Assembly: GCF_003231495.1 (NCBI RefSeq)
Contig: NZ_PQWO01000001.1
Span: forward strand, 570,001 to 602,000
Reading direction: 5' to 3'
DNA length: 32,000 nucleotides
Source of the DNA: Acaryochloris thomasi RCC1774
Lineage (GTDB): Bacteria > Cyanobacteriota > Cyanobacteriia > Thermosynechococcales > Thermosynechococcaceae
The first letter of the stretch is position 1. Every line of letters begins with the position of its first letter. Both the position numbers and the translations under genes were made by a program. Of this stretch, positions 1 to 11,274 are shown in pieces. The notes beneath the pieces were generated by a model. That model was not told the origin of the DNA. It searched no databases and was given only the letters and a program-made list of their open reading frames with translations.

Positions 1-870
1 ATGGTTGCCCTTCATGGCTTCTCCCACCATTTGGGGGGCAAGGAACAGTCCCTGAAGCATCAGTCGCGTTTGATCTAGGGTTGCACCTCCTGCGAGACCA
101 ATGCCCGGTGAGGTGAGTCGACAGGCGGCTTGTTCCACAAGGTCAGCCTTTCCAGCGATGTAGCCCCCGGCCGTTGCGATGGTTCCGCCCGGGTTTTTAA
201 TCAACGAACCGGCAATTAAATCCGCGCCCACCATTGTGGGTTCACGATCTTCGACAAATTCGCCGTAGCAGTTATCTATGCAGCAAACGGTATTGGGATT
301 TTGCTGTTTGACGCTTTCTACAATTCGAGCAATATCATCAATGCTAAGGCTGGGACGCCAGTCATAGCCACAGGAACGTTGGATAAAAACAAGGCGGGTC
401 TGAGGCTGTACAGCCTTGCCGAGCATCTGCCAGTTGATAGTGCCGGCCTTGGTGAGTTCAAGCTGACGATAGTGGATGCCGAATTCTTTGAGAGAGCCTT
501 GTCCTTGTCCTCGGACGCCGATCACCTCTTCTAGGGTGTCGTAGGGAGGGCCAGCGACGGCTAGCATTTCGTCGCCGGGGCGGAGAACGCCGTATAGGGT
601 GGACGCGATCGCATGTGTTCCCGAGACAAACTGCACCCTCACGGCTGCCGCCTCAGCTCCCATCACCTGAGCAAAGACCCGATCTAAAACCTGACGTCCC
701 AGATCATCGTGACCGTAACCCGAAACCCCTGCGAAATGGTGCGCTCCGACTTTATGGTCGCGGAATGCCTGCAGCACGCGTTGTAAATTTTTCTTGACTT
801 TCGTATCAATTTTAGCAAAAGTGAAGGTTAGTGCTTTTTCTGCTGCCTCTAGCTGTGAGTGGGTGTTCAT
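1..870 (-). CDS. Methionine gamma-lyase family / 'aluminium resistance' PLP-dependent protein (YnbB-like); the 3' end runs off the window
   Basis: Not in the ORF track because it is open at the window edge. My minus-strand translation from ATG (868-870) is open to base 1 (290 codons). It reads MNTHSQLEAAEKALTF...VQFVSGTHAIASTLYGVLRPGDEMLAV...FIQRSCGYDWRPS...LIKNPGGTIATAGGYIAGKADLVEQAA. This matches the motif pattern I recall for the family (SGTHAI, IQRSxGY, KNPGG). Confidence 0.7.
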   Translation of the reverse strand, partial: MNTHSQLEAAEKALTFTFAKIDTKVKKNLQRVLQAFRDHKVGAHHFAGVSGYGHDDLGRQVLDRVFAQVMGAEAAAVRVQFVSGTHAIASTLYGVLRPGDEMLAVAGPPYDTLEEVIGVRGQGQGSLKEFGIHYRQLELTKAGTINWQMLGKAVQPQTRLVFIQRSCGYDWRPSLSIDDIARIVESVKQQNPNTVCCIDNCYGEFVEDREPTMVGADLIAGSLIKNPGGTIATAGGYIAGKADLVEQAACRLTSPGIGLAGGATLDQTRLMLQGLFLAPQMVGEAMKGNH

Positions 871-991
871 CAAGATTTTATTAACTAACTCCTATAGACG
901 ACTGGGCACCCTAATGTTTGGAAGAGACGGGGCTATTTTGGGCGGAGAGGGGGCATACCTCGTCAATCATCACTTACATAAAGATGTTTAA

Positions 992-1828
992 ATGACTATT
1001 GCAACAGAACGTCCAGTCGAGCCAAACCAACTAAAGAAAAGTTGGCCCTTTATCATAGTCCTGGCTGTGGTGCATGTTGGAGCACTTTTTGCGCTCCTCC
1101 CCTCAAACTTTAGCTGGGCTGCTGTCGGTCTCGCTTTATTTTTGCACTGGGTCACAGGCGGTCTAGGAATTACGCTGGGGTGGCATCGTATGCTAACCCA
1201 CCGCAGCTTTCAGGTTCCAAAGCCTCTCGAATATTTCTTGGCCTTCTGCGGCACTCTGGCCTGCGAAGGCGGCGTAATCTGGTGGGTTGGTTTGCACCGC
1301 AACCATCACATGCACTCGGATACTGATAATGACCAGCACAACTCCAATAGAGGCTTCTGGTGGAGCCACATGGGCTGGATGATGCATGAGACCCCTGCGG
1401 CATCAGAGGTTGAGCGTCTCACAAAAGATATGCGTGACGACCCTGTTTATCAGTTCTTAGATAATTACTTTTTCCCAATTCAGATTGCTTTTGGTGCGCT
1501 GCTATTTTTAGTGGGTGGCTGGTCCTTTGTCGTGTGGGGCATCTTTGTTCGCTTGGTGCTGGTTTATCACTGCACTTGGTTTGTCAACAGTGCGACTCAC
1601 AAGTTTGGCTATCAAACCTACGAATCTGACGATAACTCCACCAACTGCTGGTGGGTTGCGATGCTGACCTACGGTGAGGGCTGGCACAATAATCATCATG
1701 CGTTTCCGCAATCTGCTCGCCACGGCATTCAGTGGTGGGAAATCGACACCACCTGGATGTTGATTCAGCTCTTTCAAACGCTGGGACTCGCCTCGAAGGT
1801 CCGGCTTCCGGCTGAAAGCAAGGTCTAA
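992..1828 (+). CDS. desC: Delta-9 acyl-lipid/acyl-CoA fatty acid desaturase
   Basis: 278 aa membrane protein with the three desaturase His boxes: HRMLTHRSF, HRNHHMHSD and HNNHHAFP. Confidence 0.9.
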   Translation: MTIATERPVEPNQLKKSWPFIIVLAVVHVGALFALLPSNFSWAAVGLALFLHWVTGGLGITLGWHRMLTHRSFQVPKPLEYFLAFCGTLACEGGVIWWVGLHRNHHMHSDTDNDQHNSNRGFWWSHMGWMMHETPAASEVERLTKDMRDDPVYQFLDNYFFPIQIAFGALLFLVGGWSFVVWGIFVRLVLVYHCTWFVNSATHKFGYQTYESDDNSTNCWWVAMLTYGEGWHNNHHAFPQSARHGIQWWEIDTTWMLIQLFQTLGLASKVRLPAESKV

Positions 1829-1975
1829 ATTTAGGCAAGCTCTGTTGTCCTGACGGACGGAATTTAGAAATCGGCATTGAGCTTCGGCTTACTGCCGATT
1901 TTTTCATGGGCGATAATTTTCGCATCCCACCAGATATCCCCTGTACACTTTAGATTGAAGTTTTGAGCTAACCCT

Positions 1976-3556
1976 GTGGATATAAACTTACTCGCCACTG
2001 AGATGGCAACAGAAGGCGAAGAATTGATCGCCAATAATCTTAAACAGTTTTTACTGGTACTGTCGGTCTCTCTCAGTGTCGCTACTTTACCGCAGGTGTT
2101 TAGCTGGTTCCGTCAAATCCCCTACACCTTACTGTTGGTGATCGTAGGGCTGTGTCTAGCCTTTGTCGATGTGCGACTGGTAGATCTATCGCCGGGGCTA
2201 ATTCTGGCAATTTTTCTCCCCCCGCTGCTGTTCGAAGCGGCTTGGAATCTTAAGTGGGCCGATCTCAAAAGTGATTTAGTGCCCATTTGTTTGTTTGCCG
2301 TGTTGGGCGTAGTGATCTCCATTGCCGGGGTTGCCCTGGGGCTCAATCAGTTTGCTGGGGTTCCGATTGCGACCGCGTTGTTAATTGGGGCCAGTCTCTC
2401 TGCCACCGACCCCGTCTCGGTGGTGGCTCTGTTTCGAGAGCTGGGGGTCGGGAAACGCCTGCGAACGCTCATGGAAGGCGAAAGCCTCTTCAACGACGGC
2501 ATGGCGGTCGTTGCCTTCAGCGTTTTGGTGGGCATCCCGCTGGGGCAGACAGACCTTGCACCGCCTCAGGTTTTGGGCGAGCTATTGGCGGTTGTCGGCA
2601 TTGGTTTAGGTGTGGGGGGTTTGGTTGGTTTTGGCATCTCATACCTCACGCAGCGCTTTGATCTGCCACTGGTAGAGCAGTCATTGACGCTGGTGTCAGC
2701 CTATGGAACGTATCTGGTGACGGAAGATTTAGGCGGCTCAGGCGTTATTGGCGTGGTAACGACGGGGTTGATTTTAGGAAACTTTGGCTCGCGGATCGGG
2801 ATGAATCCACGGACTCGGCTAATCGTGACGGAGTTTTGGGATTTCCTCGCTTTTTTCGTCAACTCGATTGTCTTTTTATTGATTGGTGACCAGATTCGAT
2901 TTGCAATCTTGGGTGATAATTTGCAAACCATCGCAGTCACCATTGCCGCAATGATTGCAGCACGTGCTGTTTCAACCTACGGTCTTGGCTTTATTAGCAA
3001 CAGACTAGTTGGCTCTGAAATTGGCATTCCTGATCAAACGGTGCTGTGGTGGGGTGGTTTACGGGGATCTGTTTCCATTGCCCTGGCCCTCAGTGTCCCA
3101 AAAGTATTAGGAGAGCGAGAAGAGATTATCGCAACAGTATTTGGCGTCGTTCTGTTTACACTGCTGGTGCAGGGACTAACGACGAAGCCACTGCTGCAAA
3201 ACCTGGGCTTAATGGGTGGTCGCGCCTATGAGCAAGACTATCAGAAGGCAATTGCTCGACGGGCGGCGCTCGGGCGGGTTGTGGAATATTTAGAGAAGGG
3301 CGATCGCAAGCTCGAAGTTGATCCCGAATACTATCGCTACCAAACGGCTTTGGTGAAGGGGGAGCTAGAAAAAATTGAATCTCAGCTTGAGAAACTGCAA
3401 ATAACGCATCCTGAACTCAAGGAATTCACCGCCGAAAAGCTGCGAGATGAGTTGATGGCTATCGAGGCCGACACCTATGCTGAATTTGTCCGAGCGGGGC
3501 GATTAAATAAGGAGCTGGCTCCCTATCTGTCAGATGCGCTCATGGGGAATGTTTGA
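1976..3556 (+). CDS. CPA1-family Na+/H+ (cation:proton) antiporter, NhaP/NhaS type, with a cytoplasmic C-terminal tail
   Basis: 526 aa polytopic membrane protein. It carries the typical CPA1 motifs (SATDPVSVVALFRELG, ESLFNDG), followed by a coiled, charged C-terminus. The track start is GTG at 1976. An in-frame ATG at 2003 is an alternative start. Confidence 0.85.
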   Translation: MDINLLATEMATEGEELIANNLKQFLLVLSVSLSVATLPQVFSWFRQIPYTLLLVIVGLCLAFVDVRLVDLSPGLILAIFLPPLLFEAAWNLKWADLKSDLVPICLFAVLGVVISIAGVALGLNQFAGVPIATALLIGASLSATDPVSVVALFRELGVGKRLRTLMEGESLFNDGMAVVAFSVLVGIPLGQTDLAPPQVLGELLAVVGIGLGVGGLVGFGISYLTQRFDLPLVEQSLTLVSAYGTYLVTEDLGGSGVIGVVTTGLILGNFGSRIGMNPRTRLIVTEFWDFLAFFVNSIVFLLIGDQIRFAILGDNLQTIAVTIAAMIAARAVSTYGLGFISNRLVGSEIGIPDQTVLWWGGLRGSVSIALALSVPKVLGEREEIIATVFGVVLFTLLVQGLTTKPLLQNLGLMGGRAYEQDYQKAIARRAALGRVVEYLEKGDRKLEVDPEYYRYQTALVKGELEKIESQLEKLQITHPELKEFTAEKLRDELMAIEADTYAEFVRAGRLNKELAPYLSDALMGNV

Positions 3557-3709
3557 ATACTCAGCTATTGAGCCCCGATTTTAGAGGACTGCTGCCTACA
3601 GCAGCACAGGTTCCTGCTACCTAAGGCAGAGTGTGAGAGACGCCCCCTTAGGCGTGGTTGTTGGATGTTGTCCCTCTAACTCTAGGAAATCGCCTGTGTT
3701 GTTGCAGGA

Positions 3710-4504
3710 CTACAGGCTTTTTTGAAATGTCAGCACATGCTGCTGTGGCAACACCTTCTGATTGCCTTTCCATTTCAGTCCGACGGCCTGCATTTCTTTA
3801 CGAACTTGTCTGACGGACATCTTGTGGTGTGGCTTGATAAAGATAAGAGGGTTCTCTGCTTTGTATTCGACTAGGACCACTCTGCCACCCGGCTTGAGAG
3901 CTTGGGTAACGGCCTCCATCATTTCGCGGGGGTAGGCAAACTCGTGGTAGGCATCCACCATTAGAGCTAAGTCCACGCTTTCATGCGCTAGGTTAGGATT
4001 TTTCTCGGTTCCCAGGATGCCTTGAATGTTGGCGATCTGCCGTTGCTGTTGAACGCTCTCCAAAATCTCTAGCATTTCGGGCTGCACATCTACGGCGAGG
4101 ACTTTGCCTTCAGGCAGTAGGGGGGCGAGTCGAAAGCTGATGAATCCTGTCCCGGCACCAATGTCAGCGACGGTGTCGGTGGGTTCTAGGTTCAAGGCTG
4201 GAATGAACTGCTGCGGTTGTTCTGAGATGGATCGGCTGGGCCGCTCTAGCCAGCCAGCACCTTGATGTCCCATCACCTGAGAGATCTCTCGTCCCATGTA
4301 GATCTTGCCAATGCCGTCGGAGCTAGGTTGAGCCTGTGATTTGTAAACGGTCGCTAAAGGATCGGTAGTATGCTGCACAATCGGAATTGCAGCAGGATGA
4401 GCCAGCAGTTCAGAAGTCTGTGCCGGTAGAGCCAGCCCTATCTGGAGCAAAAGACAGAGGGTGAACGGTCCAAGGGTAGACCATATATGAGTAGAGCGGT
4501 TCAC
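3710..4504 (-). CDS. Class I SAM-dependent methyltransferase with an N-terminal signal peptide or membrane anchor
   Basis: GTG start. The N-terminus has a hydrophobic segment, LGPFTLCLLLQIGLALPAQT. The SAM-binding motif I is VADIGAGTGFISFRLA, followed by VLAVDVQPEML and GGRVVLVEY. Confidence 0.7.
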   Translation of the reverse strand: MNRSTHIWSTLGPFTLCLLLQIGLALPAQTSELLAHPAAIPIVQHTTDPLATVYKSQAQPSSDGIGKIYMGREISQVMGHQGAGWLERPSRSISEQPQQFIPALNLEPTDTVADIGAGTGFISFRLAPLLPEGKVLAVDVQPEMLEILESVQQQRQIANIQGILGTEKNPNLAHESVDLALMVDAYHEFAYPREMMEAVTQALKPGGRVVLVEYKAENPLIFIKPHHKMSVRQVRKEMQAVGLKWKGNQKVLPQQHVLTFQKSL

Positions 4505-4686
4505 AGTAATCCTGAGACGACGACCTCTGTATGTTAAACCGTATCGCTAGCGCGTAATGCTTCTACATTGGTACCGCACCAGAGCGCCCTTTGCAGGATG
4601 CGACAGTCAGAGGCTGGTGGTTGACCACCGTATCTCAAGCGAAAACTTTTTCTATACCAGTACCTACCTGTGCGAAGGGTGCTGAT

Positions 4687-6702
<2,016 letters not shown>

Positions 6703-6787
6703 CTAGCATAAAAGCCTTGGTCGCGGCCCTAGAAGCGTCTATGAGGGAATTTAGATTGCAGATCCACCTCAAAAAGTTTTGTAACCC

Positions 6788-7693
6788 ATGATACAGCCCG
6801 GTCTGATTGTGATTTGTGGCCCTACGGCGACGGGTAAGTCACGGTTAGCGCTTCACTTAGCTGAGCGTCTTGGCGGTCCAATCCTTAGCGCTGATTCGCG
6901 GCAGGTCTATCGGGAGTTTGATATTGGTACTGCTAAACCTTCTCGGGAGGAACAATCGCAAGTTCCTCATCACCTCATTGACATCTGTGATCCCACAGAG
7001 ACATTTACCCTTGCTCAGTTTCAGCAGCAGGCTCAAGAACTGATTGCTCAGTATCAGGCTCAGGGCATTATACCCCTATTAGTGGGGGGCACCGGACTCT
7101 ATATTAAAGCTGTGGTTCAGGGACTGAAGATCCCACAGGTGGGGCCGCAGTTGGAGTTGAGATCGCAACTCCCTGATCAAACTCAAAGCTATGGCTGGCT
7201 GCAGCAGGTCGACCCTAGCTCCGCCGCCAAAATTCACCCCAACGATCGGGTCCGAACGCTAAGAGCCCTGGAGGTTTACTACGTGACCGGCCTTCCCCTC
7301 TCACAGCAGCAGGGCCGCTGTCCGCCAACCTATCCCATCCTGCAGATTGGGCTGGACGATCAGGATTTAGAGCTGCACACCCAGAGGATTCAGCAGCGCA
7401 CTCAGGTCATGATCGAGCAGGGCTGGCTCACAGAAATACGAAACTTGATGGAGCAATATGGCCCCAAGCTACCGTTGCTCAATACCCTCGGCTATCAAGA
7501 AATGCGACAGCACCTGCAGCATGAAATTTCTTTAGAGCAAGCCCAAGACTTAACGGTTATTCATACTCGTCAGTTCGCCAAACGCCAGCGGACCTGGTTT
7601 CGGGCTGATCCCACTATCACATGGCTAGCGGCCTCAAACCCTGATTGGCTCGTCCTTGAGCAGGTCATCGATCGCTTTATCCGTCCGCTCTAG
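6788..7693 (+). CDS. miaA: tRNA dimethylallyltransferase (tRNA isopentenyltransferase)
   Basis: P-loop at the N-terminus (ICGPTATGKSRLALHLA), then ILSADSRQVYREFDIGTAKP and LVGGTGLYIKAV. Length is 301 aa. Confidence 0.93.
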   Translation: MIQPGLIVICGPTATGKSRLALHLAERLGGPILSADSRQVYREFDIGTAKPSREEQSQVPHHLIDICDPTETFTLAQFQQQAQELIAQYQAQGIIPLLVGGTGLYIKAVVQGLKIPQVGPQLELRSQLPDQTQSYGWLQQVDPSSAAKIHPNDRVRTLRALEVYYVTGLPLSQQQGRCPPTYPILQIGLDDQDLELHTQRIQQRTQVMIEQGWLTEIRNLMEQYGPKLPLLNTLGYQEMRQHLQHEISLEQAQDLTVIHTRQFAKRQRTWFRADPTITWLAASNPDWLVLEQVIDRFIRPL

Positions 7694-7750
7694 CTCAGGC
7701 CCTGAAATTTCCTCCGCACAAGCTCACAGGGCTTTGTTAAAATAGCGGGG

Positions 7751-8290
7751 TTGTTTAGAATTCAACCTCATTTGACTCAATCGCTTGACTTACCTCAGGT
7801 GGGTGATCCTAAGGCTGACGAGTTTCTGCAAGAGTTAGCCGCCATCCAGCAGACTAGCTCCAAACGCATTGCCCTGCTTGGATCCCGCCACGTGCCGCTC
7901 ATGCATCAGCATATGATTGAAATGATGAGCTATGCCCTCGTGCTCACCGGCAATCAACTATTGACCTCGGGAGCGATTGGCACCAATGCCGCCGCTATTA
8001 GAGGTGCGATGCGAGCTGATCCCAGCCTATTAACGGTCATTTTGCCCCAAAGCATGGGCCGCCAGCCCCGCGAGTCAAGGGAACAGCTTGAGAATGTCAT
8101 GCACCTGGTTGAAAAGCCTGAAAACGACGGTCTTGCTTTAGGTGAAGCCAGCGCTCTCTGTAATCAAGAAATCGTATCTCGCTGTGATCAGCTGGTTTGC
8201 TTTGCATTCCATGACAGCCAAACACTCTTAAAAACCTGCCACGATGCTGAGGCCCAGCGCAAGCTGGTGACTCTATTCTATTTCGATTGA
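7751..8290 (+). CDS. Stand-alone DprA/Smf-like Rossmann-fold protein (DNA recombination-mediator protein A-like)
   Basis: 179 aa with a TTG start. The pattern IALLGSRHVP...LTGNQLLTSGAIGTNAAAIRGAM resembles the DprA core (VGSR...SG.A.GiD..AH.gAL). It lacks the SAM and winged-helix domains of full-length DprA. The call rests on recalled motif similarity only. Confidence 0.45.
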   Translation: MFRIQPHLTQSLDLPQVGDPKADEFLQELAAIQQTSSKRIALLGSRHVPLMHQHMIEMMSYALVLTGNQLLTSGAIGTNAAAIRGAMRADPSLLTVILPQSMGRQPRESREQLENVMHLVEKPENDGLALGEASALCNQEIVSRCDQLVCFAFHDSQTLLKTCHDAEAQRKLVTLFYFD

Positions 8291-8314
8291 TGAGACCGGT
8301 CTGACCCTCGGGGG

Positions 8315-9211
8315 CTAGGTCTGCAAACCGTGGTCAGACTGCGGTTTTGACTCTGCTGATTTTCCGGCAGCCAGGAACTCTTCAAAGGATGAGCTAGGAT
8401 CCACTTTTGGAGGTTCTGGGTGAGACGGAGGAGCGTCAGGAGACACGGGTTTCCAGATAAGTTTAGCGCCGTTCGCTGATGGCTGTGACGTTCCACCACC
8501 ATTGGCTGCAGCAGTCTCTGCGGTGGTCGCCGGTGGCGTGCGCGGCGCGACCTTGGGCAATGATGTAAAGCGAGACGGATCAGATATCGGTTTTGGTTGA
8601 TGGCTAGGTTCTGAAGTCAGTTGTTCCGGTGCTTCCTGGACCACGAAGGCAGCAGCATCTGGCTCAGCAGCAGAATTCAGAGGTGTTGATGGCGCTGCAG
8701 TTGTTTTCGGGGGTGACGAGTTTGCCGCAGTCGTGGCGTCATTACTCAATGCTGAGGAAGCTGAAGGCTCTGGGGAGGTGGCAGATGGCGGAACTGTGGC
8801 AGCCGCGGCCGGGGGCGGAGATTGGGCAGGCTGAGGTTCTGAAGCTGGAACATTAACGGCAAAGTCCTGGTCGCTGCAGCTCAGCAAACGCCAGCCGGGA
8901 TTGGCCGCACTTCGCTTAAGGAGACTTTGATAGACCTGACTGCAGTGATTATTGCTTTGCAGCGGTAGTTCTTCGTTCTTCACCACCAGCTCAAAGTCTG
9001 CTGCATGCATTGTTGAACGGGTGCTATCTACGAGTACTTCGACGGTCGCCAGCTTAGTGAACGGAACTTGACCAGGCTTTTCCCTGGCCATGAGATAGTC
9101 TTCCCTGAAAATTAGTACCTCAAGGCTACAGCTCTTGAGAAGCTCTGTAATATTGGGATAAAGATTTGCGAGGGCAACAGCCACTGTGACTGAGCAGGTA
9201 TATCGAGCCAT
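8315..9211 (-). CDS. Hypothetical protein: a roughly 115-aa folded N-domain plus a roughly 180-aa Pro/Ala/Ser/Thr-rich low-complexity tail
   Basis: 298-aa ORF with an ATG start one nucleotide after the stop of the upstream small ORF. The C-terminal two-thirds is compositionally biased (PAQSPPPAAAATVPPSATSPEPSASS...). I recognise no family. Confidence 0.5.
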   Translation of the reverse strand: MARYTCSVTVAVALANLYPNITELLKSCSLEVLIFREDYLMAREKPGQVPFTKLATVEVLVDSTRSTMHAADFELVVKNEELPLQSNNHCSQVYQSLLKRSAANPGWRLLSCSDQDFAVNVPASEPQPAQSPPPAAAATVPPSATSPEPSASSALSNDATTAANSSPPKTTAAPSTPLNSAAEPDAAAFVVQEAPEQLTSEPSHQPKPISDPSRFTSLPKVAPRTPPATTAETAAANGGGTSQPSANGAKLIWKPVSPDAPPSHPEPPKVDPSSSFEEFLAAGKSAESKPQSDHGLQT

Positions 9212-9212
9212 G

Positions 9213-9416
9213 TTAAGGGAGGATAAACTTTTTAAGCGGCAAAGGGAAGGTCGAATTCACTTCAGCATAGCGAGTAAATTCGTCTTGGCAAGTTTTGCCC
9301 CCGGTTGCAAGGATTTTTGAACAATCCACCTTCCACTTAAACATAAGCTGACTCCTAGGTTTGATCAAGGCACAGAGAGGATAAAACCTTGTCAGCTCGG
9401 CACGATAGACATCCAC
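9213..9416 (-). CDS. Small hypothetical protein (67 aa), possibly translationally coupled to the downstream gene
   Basis: The ORF ends TAA-C-ATG against the next gene. It has no recognisable motif and some rare AGG codons. It could be non-coding leader sequence instead. Confidence 0.3.
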   Translation of the reverse strand: MDVYRAELTRFYPLCALIKPRSQLMFKWKVDCSKILATGGKTCQDEFTRYAEVNSTFPLPLKKFILP

Positions 9417-9539
9417 TTCCCTCCTTCCGCAGACCGTTAAATTTCATCAAAGTTTAATGCATGCCGCTGTCCCGCGATGACTTCGTAGCGTAATGTCTTT
9501 GGACCTGTTTCAATATTTGTGTATCCACGGCAGGTATCT

Positions 9540-10223
9540 ATGCAGGGCAAGTTAATTGTTTTTGAAGGCGGAGAAGGGGGCGGCAAATCAACGCAGCTGA
9601 TGCGATTGAAGGACTGGCTGTTAGCGAGTTCTTTTTGGGCGCAGCGACAGGGAGGCGAGCCGCCTGTCGTCACAACGCGTGAACCCGGTGGTACAGCTTT
9701 GGGGGCGCGGCTGCGGGCGTTGCTTTTGAACACTCAAGATTCAGCGGAGGTTGCGATCGCAAATCGTTCTGAACTCCTGCTTTACGCGGCAGACCGAGCC
9801 CAGCATGTTGCCGAGTTTATTACTCCCCATCTAGAGCAGGGAGACCTCGTGCTTTGCGATCGCTACACGGCTTCAACCGTGGCCTACCAGGGCTACGGTC
9901 GCGGTCTGGATCTGGGTCTCATTAAACAACTCAACCAAATTGCTACGGCAGGGGTTACCTGCGACTTGACCCTTTGGCTTGATCTTGATGTCAGCATTGG
10001 CCTTGAGCGAGTCCGGCAGCGTGGTGAGACCTTCGATCGCATGGAGACCGGGGAGGTCGCCTTCCATCAACGGATTCGAGATGGATTTACGGCGATTGCG
10101 GCTCAACAGCCCACGATGGTGCAGATCGATGCGGCCCGCGATCCTGATACGGTGGCTGCTCATATTCAAGCCGTTATCCAAGAGTACCTACAGCAATGGT
10201 ATCCGCCCCTTTCTCAGAATTAG
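9540..10223 (+). CDS. tmk: dTMP (thymidylate) kinase
   Basis: MQGKLIVFEGGEGGGKSTQ P-loop, TREPGGT, and the DRY motif (CDRYTASTVAYQGYG). The start is set at the ATG at 9540, which gives the canonical N-terminus. The track ORF begins 7 codons earlier. Confidence 0.92.
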   Translation: MQGKLIVFEGGEGGGKSTQLMRLKDWLLASSFWAQRQGGEPPVVTTREPGGTALGARLRALLLNTQDSAEVAIANRSELLLYAADRAQHVAEFITPHLEQGDLVLCDRYTASTVAYQGYGRGLDLGLIKQLNQIATAGVTCDLTLWLDLDVSIGLERVRQRGETFDRMETGEVAFHQRIRDGFTAIAAQQPTMVQIDAARDPDTVAAHIQAVIQEYLQQWYPPLSQN

Positions 10224-11128
10224 TTGGACAAGAGCAGGCAACTAAGCTGCTGCTACGTGCGATCGCAACCCACCGCATTGCCCCTGCATACCTCTTTGTA
10301 GGCCCCCACGGTGTTGGACGTCGCTTAGCAGCTCAAGCCTTCCTGCAGCAATTGCTTCAAGGTTCTACTCACCGCGCCATTGAGAACCATCCCGACGTGC
10401 TGTGGATCGAACCCACCTATACACAGCAGGGCAAACTGATCACGGTCTCTGCCCTAGCCGCCAAAGGAGACAAGCCTCCTAAAGCTCAGCCACAGGTCCG
10501 TTTGGCTCAAATTCGCCAGATTGCTCAGTTCCTTAGTCAGTCACCTTTAGAAGCAGCCCGCCAGTGCGTCGTCATTGATCATGCCGAGACGATGAAAGAA
10601 GCCGCCGCCAACGGCCTGCTCAAAACCCTAGAAGAACCGGGAAGTGCAACCCTGATTCTGTTAGCCCCCACCGCCGATAGTCTTCTGCCCACCCTCGTCT
10701 CTCGCTGTCAGCAGATCCCATTCCGGCCCCTCTCTGCCGCTCACATGCAGCAGGTGTTAGGCCAAGCGGGCCACGCCGAAGTCCTCAGCAATATTCCTGT
10801 TCTCTCAATGGCCCAGGGCAGTCCTGGTGCTGCCATCACCGCCTGGGAACAGCTCCAGACAATCCCATCTGAACTTCTTGAGCGCTGCCATCTCTGCCCG
10901 ACGACCGCTTCTGACTGCCTAGCGCTCGCGCAGTCCGTTGAGCAGTCCTTAGAGGTCGATGCTCAGCTCTGGCTGATTGATTATCTGCAGCAGATTGACT
11001 GGCAAACTTATGGGCAAGCCCAGCGACTTCATATTCTCGAAACCGCGAGGCGCTATCTGCGCTCCTATGCTCAGCCCCGCCTTGTCTGGGAAGTTACCCT
11101 GTTAGAGCTTATGGAAACAGTGCCTTAG
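10196..11128 (+). CDS. holB: DNA polymerase III delta-prime subunit (clamp loader)
   Basis: FSELVGQEQATKLLLRAIATHRIAPAYLFVGPHGVGRRLAA, then LLKTLEEP and TLVSRCQQIPFRPL. It overlaps the tmk 3' end by 28 nt. The tmk-holB order is conserved in many bacteria. Confidence 0.85.
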   Translation: MVSAPFSELVGQEQATKLLLRAIATHRIAPAYLFVGPHGVGRRLAAQAFLQQLLQGSTHRAIENHPDVLWIEPTYTQQGKLITVSALAAKGDKPPKAQPQVRLAQIRQIAQFLSQSPLEAARQCVVIDHAETMKEAAANGLLKTLEEPGSATLILLAPTADSLLPTLVSRCQQIPFRPLSAAHMQQVLGQAGHAEVLSNIPVLSMAQGSPGAAITAWEQLQTIPSELLERCHLCPTTASDCLALAQSVEQSLEVDAQLWLIDYLQQIDWQTYGQAQRLHILETARRYLRSYAQPRLVWEVTLLELMETVP

Positions 11129-11161
11129 TTCGTCAATTCGGTGCTACAATTATTCGAGTCC

Positions 11162-11234
<73 letters not shown>

Positions 11235-11274
11235 TTTAAACTAGAAGCCTCTCGTACAGCATTTTGTGCTGGCA

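Noticed and set aside
301-991. Plus-strand ORFs at 301-534, 615-797 and 794-991.
   Set aside because: They lie antisense to, or overlap, the well-supported minus-strand PLP-enzyme gene (1-870), or sit in its promoter. They have no motifs and odd composition.
1170-1925. Minus-strand ORFs antisense to desC (1170-1403, 1193-1387, 1508-1777, 1584-1925).
   Set aside because: They are Arg/Pro/Ser-rich shadow frames of a confidently identified desaturase gene.
3589-3604. The hairpin CTGCTG-ccta-CAGCAG between the convergent antiporter and methyltransferase genes, considered as a bidirectional terminator.
   Set aside because: It has only a 6-bp stem and no flanking T/A tracts on either strand, which is too weak to call.
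8629-8856. A plus-strand 75-aa ORF opposite the Pro/Ala-rich tail region.
   Set aside because: Low-complexity GC-rich repeats keep the antisense frames open by chance.
9437-9733. A minus-strand 98-aa ORF overlapping the tmk 5' end.
   Set aside because: It is antisense to tmk and Arg/Pro/Ser-rich, with no start context.
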